Sequence record: SRR20825006_1611 | Strand: one strand, 5' to 3' | DNA: 44,906 bases | Part shown: in pieces, positions 36,361-44,906 of the stretch | Numbering within the stretch: position 1 is the first letter of the stretch | Layout: each line of letters begins with the position of its first letter | Made by a program: the position numbers and the translations under genes | Notes under the pieces: generated by a model | Told to the model about the DNA's origin: nothing | The model's input: the letters and a program-made list of their open reading frames with translations, nothing else | Databases searched by the model: none

Positions 36361-38096
36361 GCGACACCTCAGCGCCAACGCCTCCTGAAGTTCGCGAACC
36401 ATCGCGCGCTGTCCGCGCGCTGAAGGCCCTGAAGGATCGCCGCATGGCGGCTATGCTCATCCTGTCATTTGCTGCCAGCATACCATATGGCGCGGTGGTT
36501 GGTGTCTTGTCGGCCTGGCTTACTCAGGAAGGCGTCGACACAAACACGATCGGTGTGCTCGCGCTGGTCTCTCTGGGTTACTCGTTCAAATATCTCTGGG
36601 CGCCCATGTTTGGCCGCGCTCGAAACGTACCATTTCTGCGCATCGGGGGACGCCGATCCTGGCTGATCGTGTGCCAATCCGTGATCGCTTTGCTGCTGAT
36701 CATCCTGGCCTTTAGCAATCCACCGGAAAATATTGGCCTCGTGGCGCTGATCTGTTTCGTGATCACGCTCATTGGACCGACCCATGATCTGATCCTTGAT
36801 GCCTGGCGGATCGAAGTGGCGCGCTCTGAAGAGGACAAGGACCTCATGTCCGCCCTCTACCAGTTCGGCTACAAGTCCGGCGGTTTCATCTCCGGCTTTC
36901 TCGCCTTGCTGGTGGCCGCACGTGTCGGATGGACCGTGTCCTATGTGATGATGTCGGTGTTCATCGCGCTGACCGTGCTGGGCAGTTTGCTCGCGCCGGA
37001 ACCGGAATCTTCGTCCCGCCCTGATACGAGCCGTATGAGTTTCCTGCCCTCGCTGCGCAGAAAAGTTACTCTTCCGGCCGTGATCGTCGTCGCACTCAGC
37101 TGGCTCATCGGCTTCACGATGATCGGCACTTTTGTCGTGCGCAAGCTGGCCTTGGGCGCAGACATATCCTCGCGGGTGTTCGTTTCCGAACAGGGGCCCG
37201 TCATTGTCTTGCTGACCGTGGTCCTGCCAGCCGTCGTTGCCGCCTTGCTGGTGTTCACACAAAAGGCTGTTGCAACAGAGGCGCCCTTGCTGGTGGCGGG
37301 ACAGAGCCGCGGCGACAAGCTGTTGGCCACCCTGTTTCGGGCGATCTTCGACCCATTGATGGAACTCATTTCCCGGCTCGGCTGGTGGACCATTCTCGTG
37401 CTCGCACTGGCACTGACCTACCGGTTCACCGATGCGGTCTGGGGCTCGTTTGCCTATCCTTTCTATTTGCGCGCAGACCTTGATGCGTTGGGACATACGC
37501 TCGACGATGTAGCCATCGCCTCGAAATTCTTCGGTGTTGTGGCGACCATCCTCGGCTCGCTCATCGGTGCGACGCTGATCGCGGTGCTCGGCCGGATGCC
37601 GGTCTTTTTTGTTGGTGGGATCGTCGCGGCGGCGACCAATTTGCTTTATGCGGACTTGGCGGCTGGCGCGGCGACGGTTGATGCTTTTCTGGCGTTCACC
37701 CATCTTGATGCGCCATTGATCACCTTTGCGGATTGGGCCGCAAAACTCCAGCCTGAGGAAGTGGCAATTGCCTCTGACCAGGGCCAGCGCATGGCGCGCC
37801 TGATGGTGACGATCTTTGCGGAGAACATTGCAGGCGGCTTCGCGCTCGTCGCAATGACGGCCTATCTTACATCAGTGGTCAATCCGCGTTTTGCCGCCGT
37901 TCAGTATGCGTTGCTGGCCTCGCTCACAATGCTGATCGGCACGCTGGGCCGGCCTTGGCTGGGCGAGATGATTGAACAGAACGGGTTCTATGACGTGTTC
38001 ATCATTACCTTCTGGCTTGGGGGTGTTGCGGTCGTACTCAGTGCCATAGAGTGGGGCCGTCAAACCTATCTCAAGCGGTCGGTATCGGCCGGGTAA
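36357..38096 (+). CDS. ampG: AmpG-family muropeptide MFS transporter
   Basis: YSFKYLWAP, GGRRSW, THDLILDAWRIE and FAAVQYALLASL motifs; many TM helices. Confidence 0.88.
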   Translation: MSDTSAPTPPEVREPSRAVRALKALKDRRMAAMLILSFAASIPYGAVVGVLSAWLTQEGVDTNTIGVLALVSLGYSFKYLWAPMFGRARNVPFLRIGGRRSWLIVCQSVIALLLIILAFSNPPENIGLVALICFVITLIGPTHDLILDAWRIEVARSEEDKDLMSALYQFGYKSGGFISGFLALLVAARVGWTVSYVMMSVFIALTVLGSLLAPEPESSSRPDTSRMSFLPSLRRKVTLPAVIVVALSWLIGFTMIGTFVVRKLALGADISSRVFVSEQGPVIVLLTVVLPAVVAALLVFTQKAVATEAPLLVAGQSRGDKLLATLFRAIFDPLMELISRLGWWTILVLALALTYRFTDAVWGSFAYPFYLRADLDALGHTLDDVAIASKFFGVVATILGSLIGATLIAVLGRMPVFFVGGIVAAATNLLYADLAAGAATVDAFLAFTHLDAPLITFADWAAKLQPEEVAIASDQGQRMARLMVTIFAENIAGGFALVAMTAYLTSVVNPRFAAVQYALLASLTMLIGTLGRPWLGEMIEQNGFYDVFIITFWLGGVAVVLSAIEWGRQTYLKRSVSAG

Positions 38097-38122
38097 ACCT
38101 CATTAATACTGGAGGAAGTCTC

Positions 38123-38593
38123 ATGCGTTCAGCCCTGATTGCGTTCGTCATGCCCCTTGCCATATCGACCTGCGGGACTGTTCCGGCCCAACCGGCTGGG
38201 GTGAGCGTCGCGTTGGAAGTTCAGGAGGAGGCAGCCATCACGGCGATGCTTGAGGCGCAAGACGCAGCCTGGAATCGCGGTGATATACCCGCCTTCATGG
38301 ACGGATATTGGAAGTCGCCAGACTTGCGCTTTGCGTCTGGCGGCAACATTGCGCGCGGGTGGGACGCAACGCTTCAACGCTATGAAACACGCTACGATAC
38401 GCCTGAAAAAATGGGCACGCTGGTGACGTCCGACTATGAGATTGAAATTCTGTCGCCCGATGCCGCCATCGCACATGGCCATTGGATGCTCGAAGTCGAA
38501 GGCGACAATCCGTCCGGACTGTACACGCTTGTCCTGCGCAAGATCGATGGCGGTTGGGTGATCATTTCCGACACAACCACGTCAGCGGACTAA
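38123..38593 (+). CDS. NTF2-like (DUF4440/YybH) exported protein, possible lipoprotein
   Basis: AWNRGDIPAFMDGYW and GLYTLVLRKIDGGWVIISD motifs; signal peptide ending ISTC; GGAGG RBS. Confidence 0.85.
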   Translation: MRSALIAFVMPLAISTCGTVPAQPAGVSVALEVQEEAAITAMLEAQDAAWNRGDIPAFMDGYWKSPDLRFASGGNIARGWDATLQRYETRYDTPEKMGTLVTSDYEIEILSPDAAIAHGHWMLEVEGDNPSGLYTLVLRKIDGGWVIISDTTTSAD

Positions 38594-38699
38594 CGGGTTG
38601 CGATGACGCCGACATAAGCCATTCCAAGCCTTGGCAGTCGGCCCAGTTACGGGCAAAACGCCGTGTGGCCTCACGACCGAAGGGGAGCCGGCACAGACC

Positions 38700-39581
38700 A
38701 TGAAACGCGCAACACTCGATTTTGAAACCCATAATTCTGCGCTGGAGCGCGTGATCGAGCGGCCATGGTTCCGGCACCTGGTGATCGCCTTGATCATCGT
38801 GAACGCCGTGATTCTTGGCGTGCTGACCTATCGCGAGACACTGCCCGCGGGTCTTGTCGTGTCGCTCGACGCAGTTGACCAGACGATCACATATGTCTTT
38901 GCGGTCGAGATCCTGCTGAAACTGGTAGTCTATCGGTTGCAATTCTTCCGGCGGGGTTGGAACTGGTTTGACTTCATCGTCATTGGCGTTTCGCTGATAC
39001 CAGGAACTCAGGCATTCGGCGTATTGCGTGCGCTCCGGGTTCTGCGGATTCTCCGATTACTGCATATCGTTCCAATGATGCGCCGGATTACCGAGGCGCT
39101 GATGAAGGCCCTGCCGGGCATGGGCGCCATTTTCGCAGTGCTGGCGCTGATCACATATGTTGCCGCCGTAATGGCGACCAACATGTACGGCAATACCGAG
39201 AATGAAGAGGTCACCGAACTGTTCGGGGATCTGCCGCGTTCGGCCTATTCACTTTTCCAGGTCATGACGATGGATGGCTGGCGGTTCGAAGTTGTCCAGA
39301 AAGTGATTGATGATGGCAATCCCTATGCCTGGATGTTCTTCCTGATCTTCATCTTCATCGCCAGTTTCGCCATTCTCAACTTGTTCATCGCCCTGATTGT
39401 GGATTCGCTCGCGGCCGAACAACAGGCGATCATCGAGGAGGGACTCGACGAAATCGAAGGAGAATTGGAAGGCGAACTCATGACCGCCGAGAAGGAGCGC
39501 GCCGCCGTCCTTTCGGCAATACAGGAGATGCGATCAGAGATCGCCGCCTTGAGAGCCTCGGTTGAGGCGCAGTCAAAGTAG
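38700..39581 (+). CDS. Bacterial voltage-gated cation channel (BacNav-like ion transporter)
   Basis: WNWFDF (S3), LRALRVLRILRLL (S4), P-loop SLFQVMTMDGW, S6 LNLFIALIVDS and a C-terminal coiled coil. Confidence 0.93.
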   Translation: MKRATLDFETHNSALERVIERPWFRHLVIALIIVNAVILGVLTYRETLPAGLVVSLDAVDQTITYVFAVEILLKLVVYRLQFFRRGWNWFDFIVIGVSLIPGTQAFGVLRALRVLRILRLLHIVPMMRRITEALMKALPGMGAIFAVLALITYVAAVMATNMYGNTENEEVTELFGDLPRSAYSLFQVMTMDGWRFEVVQKVIDDGNPYAWMFFLIFIFIASFAILNLFIALIVDSLAAEQQAIIEEGLDEIEGELEGELMTAEKERAAVLSAIQEMRSEIAALRASVEAQSK

Positions 39582-39582
39582 A

Positions 39583-39615
39583 GAAGGCCCGCCCCCGATA
39601 TGTGGGCAGGCCTTC
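39583..39615 (-). terminator. Hairpin/terminator between convergent channel and fasciclin genes
   Basis: GAAGGCCcGCCC..GGGCaGGCCTTC inverted repeat; the U-tract is weak. Confidence 0.6.
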
Positions 39616-39641
39616 AGCATCGCTTCGCTTTGCAGATCACC

Positions 39642-40187
39642 TTAGCCTTTGGGCAGAAGGACCTGGTCGATCACATGGATGACACCGTTGGAGGCCATGA
39701 CATCGGCTTTCACGACGGTGGCGCCATTCACCGTTACGCCGTCGGTGCCATCGATTGCTACGTCGCCATTCAACGTGCTTGCGGTCAGTGTCTTTCCGGC
39801 GAGCTGGTCAGAGGTCACCTTGCTGTCAGCGATCACGTGCAGTTTGAGAATGTCGGCAAGTTGGTGCTTGTTCTCCGGCATCAACAGGGTTTCGACCGTA
39901 CCCTCGGGAAGGGCGGCGAAGGCAGCATCGGTTGGCGCAAACACGGTAAGCGGGCCTTCGCCCTTCAGGGCATCGACCAGACCAGCTGAAGTCGCGGCAG
40001 CCAGCAGCGTGTTGAACTGGCCAGCTTCGGCGGCGGTGTCGACGATATCCATCTTGGACCATTCGCCTTTGACGAGTTCGGCCTCGACATGGCTAGCCAT
40101 GCGATCCTTGGAATACTGACAGGTTTCTGCGAGGGCCGGGGCGGCCAGGAAAGCGAAAGCAGCGGTGAGCGTGAGAAGACGTTTCAT
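39642..40187 (-). CDS. Secreted fasciclin (FAS1) domain protein
   Basis: Signal peptide; FNTLLAA, TVFAPTDAAF and SNGVIHVIDQVLLP motifs. Confidence 0.95.
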   Translation of the reverse strand: MKRLLTLTAAFAFLAAPALAETCQYSKDRMASHVEAELVKGEWSKMDIVDTAAEAGQFNTLLAAATSAGLVDALKGEGPLTVFAPTDAAFAALPEGTVETLLMPENKHQLADILKLHVIADSKVTSDQLAGKTLTASTLNGDVAIDGTDGVTVNGATVVKADVMASNGVIHVIDQVLLPKG

Positions 40188-40248
40188 GATTAGGGGTGTC
40201 CCAATTCAGAAATTTTCCGATGGAACCATATCCATCGATGCCACCCTT

Positions 40249-40274
40249 TACGGGTCGTCCGTCCCGGAGGATCA
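40249..40274 (-). promoter_or_regulatory. Candidate RpoE (sigmaE-ChrR type) promoter of the fasciclin gene
   Basis: Minus strand TGATCC-N16-CGTA(AAG), about 60 nt upstream of the ATG. Confidence 0.65.
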
Positions 40275-40379
40275 GAATCTAAAAAAGAATTCATCTTTGG
40301 AAGTGTGAGCAGGACTTCACGCAACTGTCAGCATGCCGCGCTCCCAAAACTGCCAAAATAGGGTATAGAATTTCCCGAG

Positions 40380-41090
40380 ATGTCTTTGTGGACCCGAGTG
40401 CTTGAGGGCGGACGGCGCCTGTTCGATCCTGACAACTCTGACGGCATGCTTGCCGACGGGGCTGATTTTGCGTGCGCGCCAGATCCGAATGATGTCGGGT
40501 TTACTGCGGCGGTCGTGGGGCTCGGTGCAAAACTTGCCGTAGCTGACGGCACCGTATCGGATCAGGAAATCATGGTGTTTTCGCGCGTCTTCCGCGCCGC
40601 GCCTGAAGATGCCGACAGTGTTCGCCGTGTCTTCAATATCGCCCGCCAGACTGTGCGCGGCTATGAAGGCTACGCTCGCAAGATCGGCCGGAAATACCGA
40701 GACCGCCCATGCTTGCTGGAAGGCGTGCTGGACGGCCTGTTCCAAATCGCGGGTGCGGATGGCGTCGTGACGGCGGATGAGATGGACTATTTGCGCACCG
40801 TATCCGATGCCTTCGGCTTTGATGAGCTGACATTCCGCCGGATCAAGGCCAGCCATTTGGGCCCGGATAGCGACGACCCATACCACATTCTCGGCGTCTC
40901 CCATGATGCAGAGTTTTCCGATATTCGTGCCGCCTATCGTCAGTTGATGTCTGATCACCATCCGGACCGTGTGGTGCAAATGGGCGCACCACGCGAATTC
41001 GAGGATGCCGCGCATGCCAAGGCGGCATCGATTACAGCCGCCTATGCGCAAATTCGGACCGAACGCGGTCTGCTGATCCGGTCGGATTGA
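40380..41090 (+). CDS. TerB-domain / DnaJ (DjlA-like) co-chaperone
   Basis: AKLAVADGTVSDQE and IAGADGVVTADE TerB repeats; J-domain DPYHILGV..HHPD. Confidence 0.9.
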   Translation: MSLWTRVLEGGRRLFDPDNSDGMLADGADFACAPDPNDVGFTAAVVGLGAKLAVADGTVSDQEIMVFSRVFRAAPEDADSVRRVFNIARQTVRGYEGYARKIGRKYRDRPCLLEGVLDGLFQIAGADGVVTADEMDYLRTVSDAFGFDELTFRRIKASHLGPDSDDPYHILGVSHDAEFSDIRAAYRQLMSDHHPDRVVQMGAPREFEDAAHAKAASITAAYAQIRTERGLLIRSD

Positions 41091-41181
41091 GGCATTTCCG
41101 CGAATTCACATAGTATCGGCATGCCATTCCATTGACGGAACGCAGCACTGGCGCCATGTTTGCACTGTAAACGAGAGATTC

Positions 41182-41460
41182 ATGACCCAAGCAGCTTCCA
41201 GTTCCGGCCGTTTCAATATTGCAGACGCATTTTCGAGTGCGATCAGCCTTGTGGCGCGGCTATGTATTGGGCTCTTGCTGGTGCTGTTTGCCGGATTGCT
41301 AGCCGTGATGACCGCTATCGCAGGCGTCTTGCTGGCTTCGGCGGCCTTGTTCATGCGGTATGCTGGCCGGAAGGGCATCCGCCCGCAAGCGCGCGACACG
41401 GCTGAAGAGCCGCTCATTCTTGACGCCCGCCGCACGCCGCGCGGCTGGACTGTCGAATAA
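41182..41460 (+). CDS. Small hypothetical membrane protein
   Basis: Long hydrophobic hairpin and C-terminal ILDARRTPRGWTVE; GAGAG RBS; TTGACG-N17-CATGTT upstream. Confidence 0.7.
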   Translation: MTQAASSSGRFNIADAFSSAISLVARLCIGLLLVLFAGLLAVMTAIAGVLLASAALFMRYAGRKGIRPQARDTAEEPLILDARRTPRGWTVE

Positions 41461-41523
41461 CAACTCCGAATTATCTGGAATTTTGAAACGGATGGGGAGC
41501 CTGAAGCCCCCAAAAGCGCTCGC

Positions 41524-41552
41524 TTGACACTGGAGCGCTACAACTGTAGCGT
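41524..41552 (+). promoter_or_regulatory. Sigma70 promoter with BlaI/CopY-type operator
   Basis: TTGACA-N17-TAGCGT overlapped by the palindrome CGCTACA-ac-TGTAGCG (TACA-N2-TGTA core), directly upstream of a BlaI-family gene. Confidence 0.85.
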
Positions 41553-41579
41553 ACACGTGACTTTGATAGCGAGATTTGC

Positions 41580-41963
41580 ATGTCCCAGCCCAATCCTTCC
41601 GAACTCAGCGTGTTGAAACATCTCTGGTCACATGGCCGGCAAAGCGCACGTGAGGTGCATGATGCCATCGGTCCGGGGCAGGGGTGGAAGCCGTCGACGA
41701 CCCGCACCGTCATTGCCAGGATGGAAGAGAAGGGCTGGGTCAGCCGTCAGGACATGCATGGCATCGCAGTGTATGCCGCCGCTATAGACCGGACCGCCAC
41801 ATTGGGCGGATTGGTCCGTCATCTCGCCCGCCAGGTTCTGGATATGGACGGGCCGTTGCCGGCGGCCTTGTTTGCGGAAAGTCCACACCTCTCCGATGCC
41901 GAACTTGACGAACTCGACGCCATCATCAACGCGGCGGCGGCCGATACGGAGGGCAAGGCATGA
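41580..41963 (+). CDS. BlaI/MecI/CopY family transcriptional repressor
   Basis: SELSVLKHLW, SAREVH, WKPSTTRTVIARMEEKG and LSDAELDEL motifs. Confidence 0.93.
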   Translation: MSQPNPSELSVLKHLWSHGRQSAREVHDAIGPGQGWKPSTTRTVIARMEEKGWVSRQDMHGIAVYAAAIDRTATLGGLVRHLARQVLDMDGPLPAALFAESPHLSDAELDELDAIINAAAADTEGKA

Positions 41964-43870
41964 GCTTGTTCGGACTGATCGCACTCGCCTTTGGTTGGAG
42001 CGCGGCGCTCTGGCTGCTCGCCACCGCGCTTTGCACGCTCAAACCCTCACCCAGGATGGCTCAGGCCATATGGCGCGGCGCTGTAGCTTTGATGTTCGCA
42101 CCATTCCTGGCATCTGCTTTCATGCCGGGCCTGACGCAAGTTGCCGCACAGGCCTTGCCGGACTTGCCGGTCATGGATGCGCTGACGGTCCAGTCTGATG
42201 CCGTCTTTGTTGAAGAATCTACCACAGAATTCCGTATACCGCCGGTTGCGACACTGGTGCTGTGGGCGCTTGTTGCCGGGTGGTTCGTGCGCGCGGTCTG
42301 TTGGGCTGTGGGGCAGGCCAGACTTCAGCGCTTGAAGCAGACATCCCGTCCGGTCATCCGCCCGGTTCGCCACTGGGCCGACGCGATTGGATTGCGGCGC
42401 GTGCCGGATGTGCGGGTTATCCCCCGGGGTGCGCCCTTCCTTGCCGGTATCGTGCGCCCGGTCGTCTTCATACCGGCAGCGCTCATCTCGAAACAACACA
42501 CACCACAAATCATCGTGCACGAACTGGTTCACCTGAAGCGGGGTGACCTGCTGACCCGCCCATTTGACCGTATGGTCGCAGACATATTCTGGTTCTCTCC
42601 TTTTGCCTGGGCCATGCGCGAGCGCCTTGATTATTGGCGCGAGGCGATCGTCGATGAAGAGACCGCCGAGCTGACGGGTGACCGGATCGCCTATGCTCGC
42701 GCCTTGACCCAGGTGGCGCGTCATGCCCGGCCTGCGCTCATCCTGCCGGTTGCAGCATTCACGCTCAAGAAAGAAGGAACCCTCAAAATGCGCTTGACCC
42801 AACTCCTGAGTGAGACCCACCACCGGCCGAAACGTCTTGGCTTGGCAGTCGCGGCAGCGCTGGCGCTCGCGACCCCGCTCGCCTTGGCGCAGGGATCACT
42901 GATCCGGGGCGCCGCCGCGCTGCCGACCGACGCGGTTACATACAGTCATGCCGTGCTGGACAAGGCGAAGCTGACCAGCGCCTTTGGCGTGCGTAAACAC
43001 CCTGTCTCAGGCGAATTGAAACAACATCAGGGCGTCGACTTGGCAGAGGAAGAAGGCAAGCCGATCTATGCGCCGACTTCAGCAATCGTGACCCGCGCAG
43101 AAATGACAAATGGATACGGGAATCTCGTCGAAATCGCTGCGGGTGAGACTGTGCTCCGCTTCGGGCAGTTGAAAGATATCAAAGTGTCACTGGGGGAATC
43201 CGTCTCCGCAGGTACTGTGATCGGCTCGCTGGGCCAGTCCGGCCAAGCCACCGGGCCACACCTGCACCTTGAAGTCTGGCGCGCAGGCCAGGCGGTCGAT
43301 CCGATGGCAGAGCCCGGGCTCATCCTGGCGGACTCCCTGTTCATCACGACAAATTCCGGCGCGAAGGTTCCACAGCCCCCCGCGGCTTCTGTGCCGGATG
43401 CCGCGCCCAAGCCTGCCTCCATCCCGGCTGCACCGCTGGCACCAATCAAGCGCGATGTGGCTTTTGAGGAGATCCGAGGTGAAGTTGGCGGTTGCGAGGT
43501 CATCGCAAACTGGGCCGACACGCGCGAAAAGTCTGCCGTCTGGTTGGCAAGGCTGGATGCATCCAAGGCCGAGAACAAGCTTGCTGGCCTGTCGCTAAAC
43601 GCAAACTGGACGCCTGAGGCTGTGAATTATCCAAGGCCATCCTATCCTGCCGACGCGGCCAAGAAACGACTCAGCGGTGGCTGCATGGTCCTGTTCGATC
43701 TTGGCACTGATGGCGTTCCGCAGAACATGCTCGCAGAATGCACCGATCCGGTCTTCGAATCTTCGGCGGCAGCACTGAAGGGCGCGACGTTCAAACCGCT
43801 TACCAATAAGGCAGGCAAGCCTGTCGACGTCAAAGGCATCACATATCCGATGGAATTCTGTATCGCCTAG
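41960..43870 (+). CDS. BlaR1-like M56 peptidase fused to M23 peptidase and TonB C-terminal domains
   Basis: HELVHLKRGD and FWFSP (M56); HQGVD and TGPHLHLEV (M23); Pro-rich linker; PSYP..A....LSG...V.FD (TonB_C); ATGA overlap with blaI. Confidence 0.88.
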   Translation: MSLFGLIALAFGWSAALWLLATALCTLKPSPRMAQAIWRGAVALMFAPFLASAFMPGLTQVAAQALPDLPVMDALTVQSDAVFVEESTTEFRIPPVATLVLWALVAGWFVRAVCWAVGQARLQRLKQTSRPVIRPVRHWADAIGLRRVPDVRVIPRGAPFLAGIVRPVVFIPAALISKQHTPQIIVHELVHLKRGDLLTRPFDRMVADIFWFSPFAWAMRERLDYWREAIVDEETAELTGDRIAYARALTQVARHARPALILPVAAFTLKKEGTLKMRLTQLLSETHHRPKRLGLAVAAALALATPLALAQGSLIRGAAALPTDAVTYSHAVLDKAKLTSAFGVRKHPVSGELKQHQGVDLAEEEGKPIYAPTSAIVTRAEMTNGYGNLVEIAAGETVLRFGQLKDIKVSLGESVSAGTVIGSLGQSGQATGPHLHLEVWRAGQAVDPMAEPGLILADSLFITTNSGAKVPQPPAASVPDAAPKPASIPAAPLAPIKRDVAFEEIRGEVGGCEVIANWADTREKSAVWLARLDASKAENKLAGLSLNANWTPEAVNYPRPSYPADAAKKRLSGGCMVLFDLGTDGVPQNMLAECTDPVFESSAAALKGATFKPLTNKAGKPVDVKGITYPMEFCIA

Positions 43871-43892
43871 CGCGGACTGGATGACGATGCTT

Positions 43893-43921
43893 GGAACTTT
43901 CTGATCCGCCGACGCGTCTAA
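43893..43921 (+). promoter_or_regulatory. Candidate ECF (EcfG/SigT-like) promoter overlapping a hairpin at 43908-43937
   Basis: GGAAC-N17-CGTCTAA upstream of AGGAGG RBS and ATG 43958; inverted repeat GCCGACGCGTCT/AGGCGCGTCGGC. Confidence 0.5.
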
Positions 43922-43957
43922 TAGCAGGCGCGTCGGCTGTCAGGAGGATTCTCGATC

Positions 43958-44461
43958 ATGGCAAACCCCAAACCGGTCGGGAAATCCACTCCAATCATTG
44001 GGGGTGTACTGACATTTGCCCTGTTTGGAATCCACCGTCTGTTCGTCGGTCAGATATATTCCCGATCCGAGGCGGTGAGCCTTGTGGAGGCGCTGTCGGA
44101 TTCGTCCCTCTATTTCGGATCGGCTATCGCCAGCGCGTCGGCCACGATCCTTGCCCTTATGCTCACCATGCTCGGGATGATGCACAACAGTAGTGCCGAC
44201 ATCGGCATCTGGTTGTTCAAGCGCGTTCGCATGATTGCCTGGTTCGCCACGATCAGCCTGTGCAGCGCTGTGGCGCTTTTGACATTCTCATCCATTCCAA
44301 TCGGGGAATTCGAAGATATCCCGACGAACTGGTATGTGATGTCGTATTACGCCATTGCCACGCTGATGGCTGTGCTGGCGGGTTTGCTGGTGACGAGCAT
44401 CCTGTTGATCCTCGGCGCGGTCCGGTATTTGGTGAATCGGCTGGCGCCTGAAGTCGACTAG
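43958..44461 (+). CDS. Hypothetical membrane protein (4 TM)
   Basis: Strong AGGAGG RBS and four hydrophobic segments; no family recognised. Confidence 0.8.
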   Translation: MANPKPVGKSTPIIGGVLTFALFGIHRLFVGQIYSRSEAVSLVEALSDSSLYFGSAIASASATILALMLTMLGMMHNSSADIGIWLFKRVRMIAWFATISLCSAVALLTFSSIPIGEFEDIPTNWYVMSYYAIATLMAVLAGLLVTSILLILGAVRYLVNRLAPEVD

Positions 44462-44467
44462 TGAGTC

Positions 44468-44906
44468 CTAGCGATCGAACAGTTTCGAAACGCTTTCCTC
44501 GTTCGCGATACGGCGAATGGCTTCGCCCAATAGCGGGGAAATGGGCAGGATGCGGATAGATTCCGATTTGATCGCATCTTCGGACGGCTGAATCGAGTCG
44601 GTCATCACCAATTCGTCCAGCACCGATTTCTCGATCCTCTGAACGGCATTGTTTGAAAGCACGCCATGCGTGACATAGGCAGAAACCGATTTGGCACCAT
44701 GCTCTTTCAGGGCGGCGGCGGCGTTTGCCAGCGTGCCCCCGGAATCACACATATCGTCCAGCATGATGCAGCGCTTGCCGGACACATCGCCGATAATGTT
44801 CATGACTTCTGACTTGCCAGCTTCGGGGCGGCGTTTGTCGACGATGGCAAGGTCGGCCTCCAGTCGCTTGGCCAGCGAGCGGGCGCGCACCACGCCGCCA
44901 ACATCC
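44468..44906 (-). CDS. prs: Ribose-phosphate pyrophosphokinase, 3' part (5' end beyond the window)
   Basis: [26 protein letters not shown] (PRPP-binding), THGVLS and EESVSKLF motifs. Confidence 0.96.
   Translation of the reverse strand, partial: DVGGVVRARSLAKRLEADLAIVDKRRPEAGKSEVMNIIGDVSGKRCIMLDDMCDSGGTLANAAAALKEHGAKSVSAYVTHGVLSNNAVQRIEKSVLDELVMTDSIQPSEDAIKSESIRILPISPLLGEAIRRIANEESVSKLFDR

Noticed and set aside
36465-37703. 412-aa antisense ORF (also 3092-4105, 16468-17343, 24301-25251, 34879-35739 and similar)
   Set aside because: These are shadow ORFs opposite well-supported genes, expected in GC-rich DNA, with no recognisable motifs.
38092-38108. CtrA-like site before the NTF2 gene
   Set aside because: Half-site spacing is 6 rather than 7 and the first half is degenerate.

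Overview
GC-rich alphaproteobacterial chromosomal segment. Gene content and regulatory motifs suggest Caulobacterales/Hyphomonadaceae, which is an inference. Left to right it holds: the 5' end of a photolyase gene with a LexA box, a GT2 glycosyltransferase, a paired acyl-CoA dehydrogenase operon, a DUF2853 protein, an FMN glutamate-synthase-family protein and otsA-otsB-GH15. Next come the Anbu operon (circularly permuted ATP-grasp, alpha-E, transglutaminase, proteasome-like protease), tail-to-tail with a second ATP-grasp operon (aspartic protease, inactive TGase-7TM, glutamate-ligase-like), and a ~14 kb Pfa-type iterative PKS/FAS cluster (ER; KS-MAT-ACP2; KR; KS-CLF-AT-DH; PPTase). The right part has dusA, comM with a LexA box, a ShkA-like kinase, ampG, an NTF2 protein, a BacNav-type channel, fasciclin, TerB-DnaJ, blaI plus an M56-M23-TonB fusion, and the 3' part of prs. 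The most notable signal is a candidate programmed -1 frameshift (T_TTT_TTT, 6-nt spacer, GC hairpin) that would join the PfaA-like KS-MAT-ACP2 ORF to the KR ORF. No integrase, transposase, RNA gene or CRISPR array was seen.
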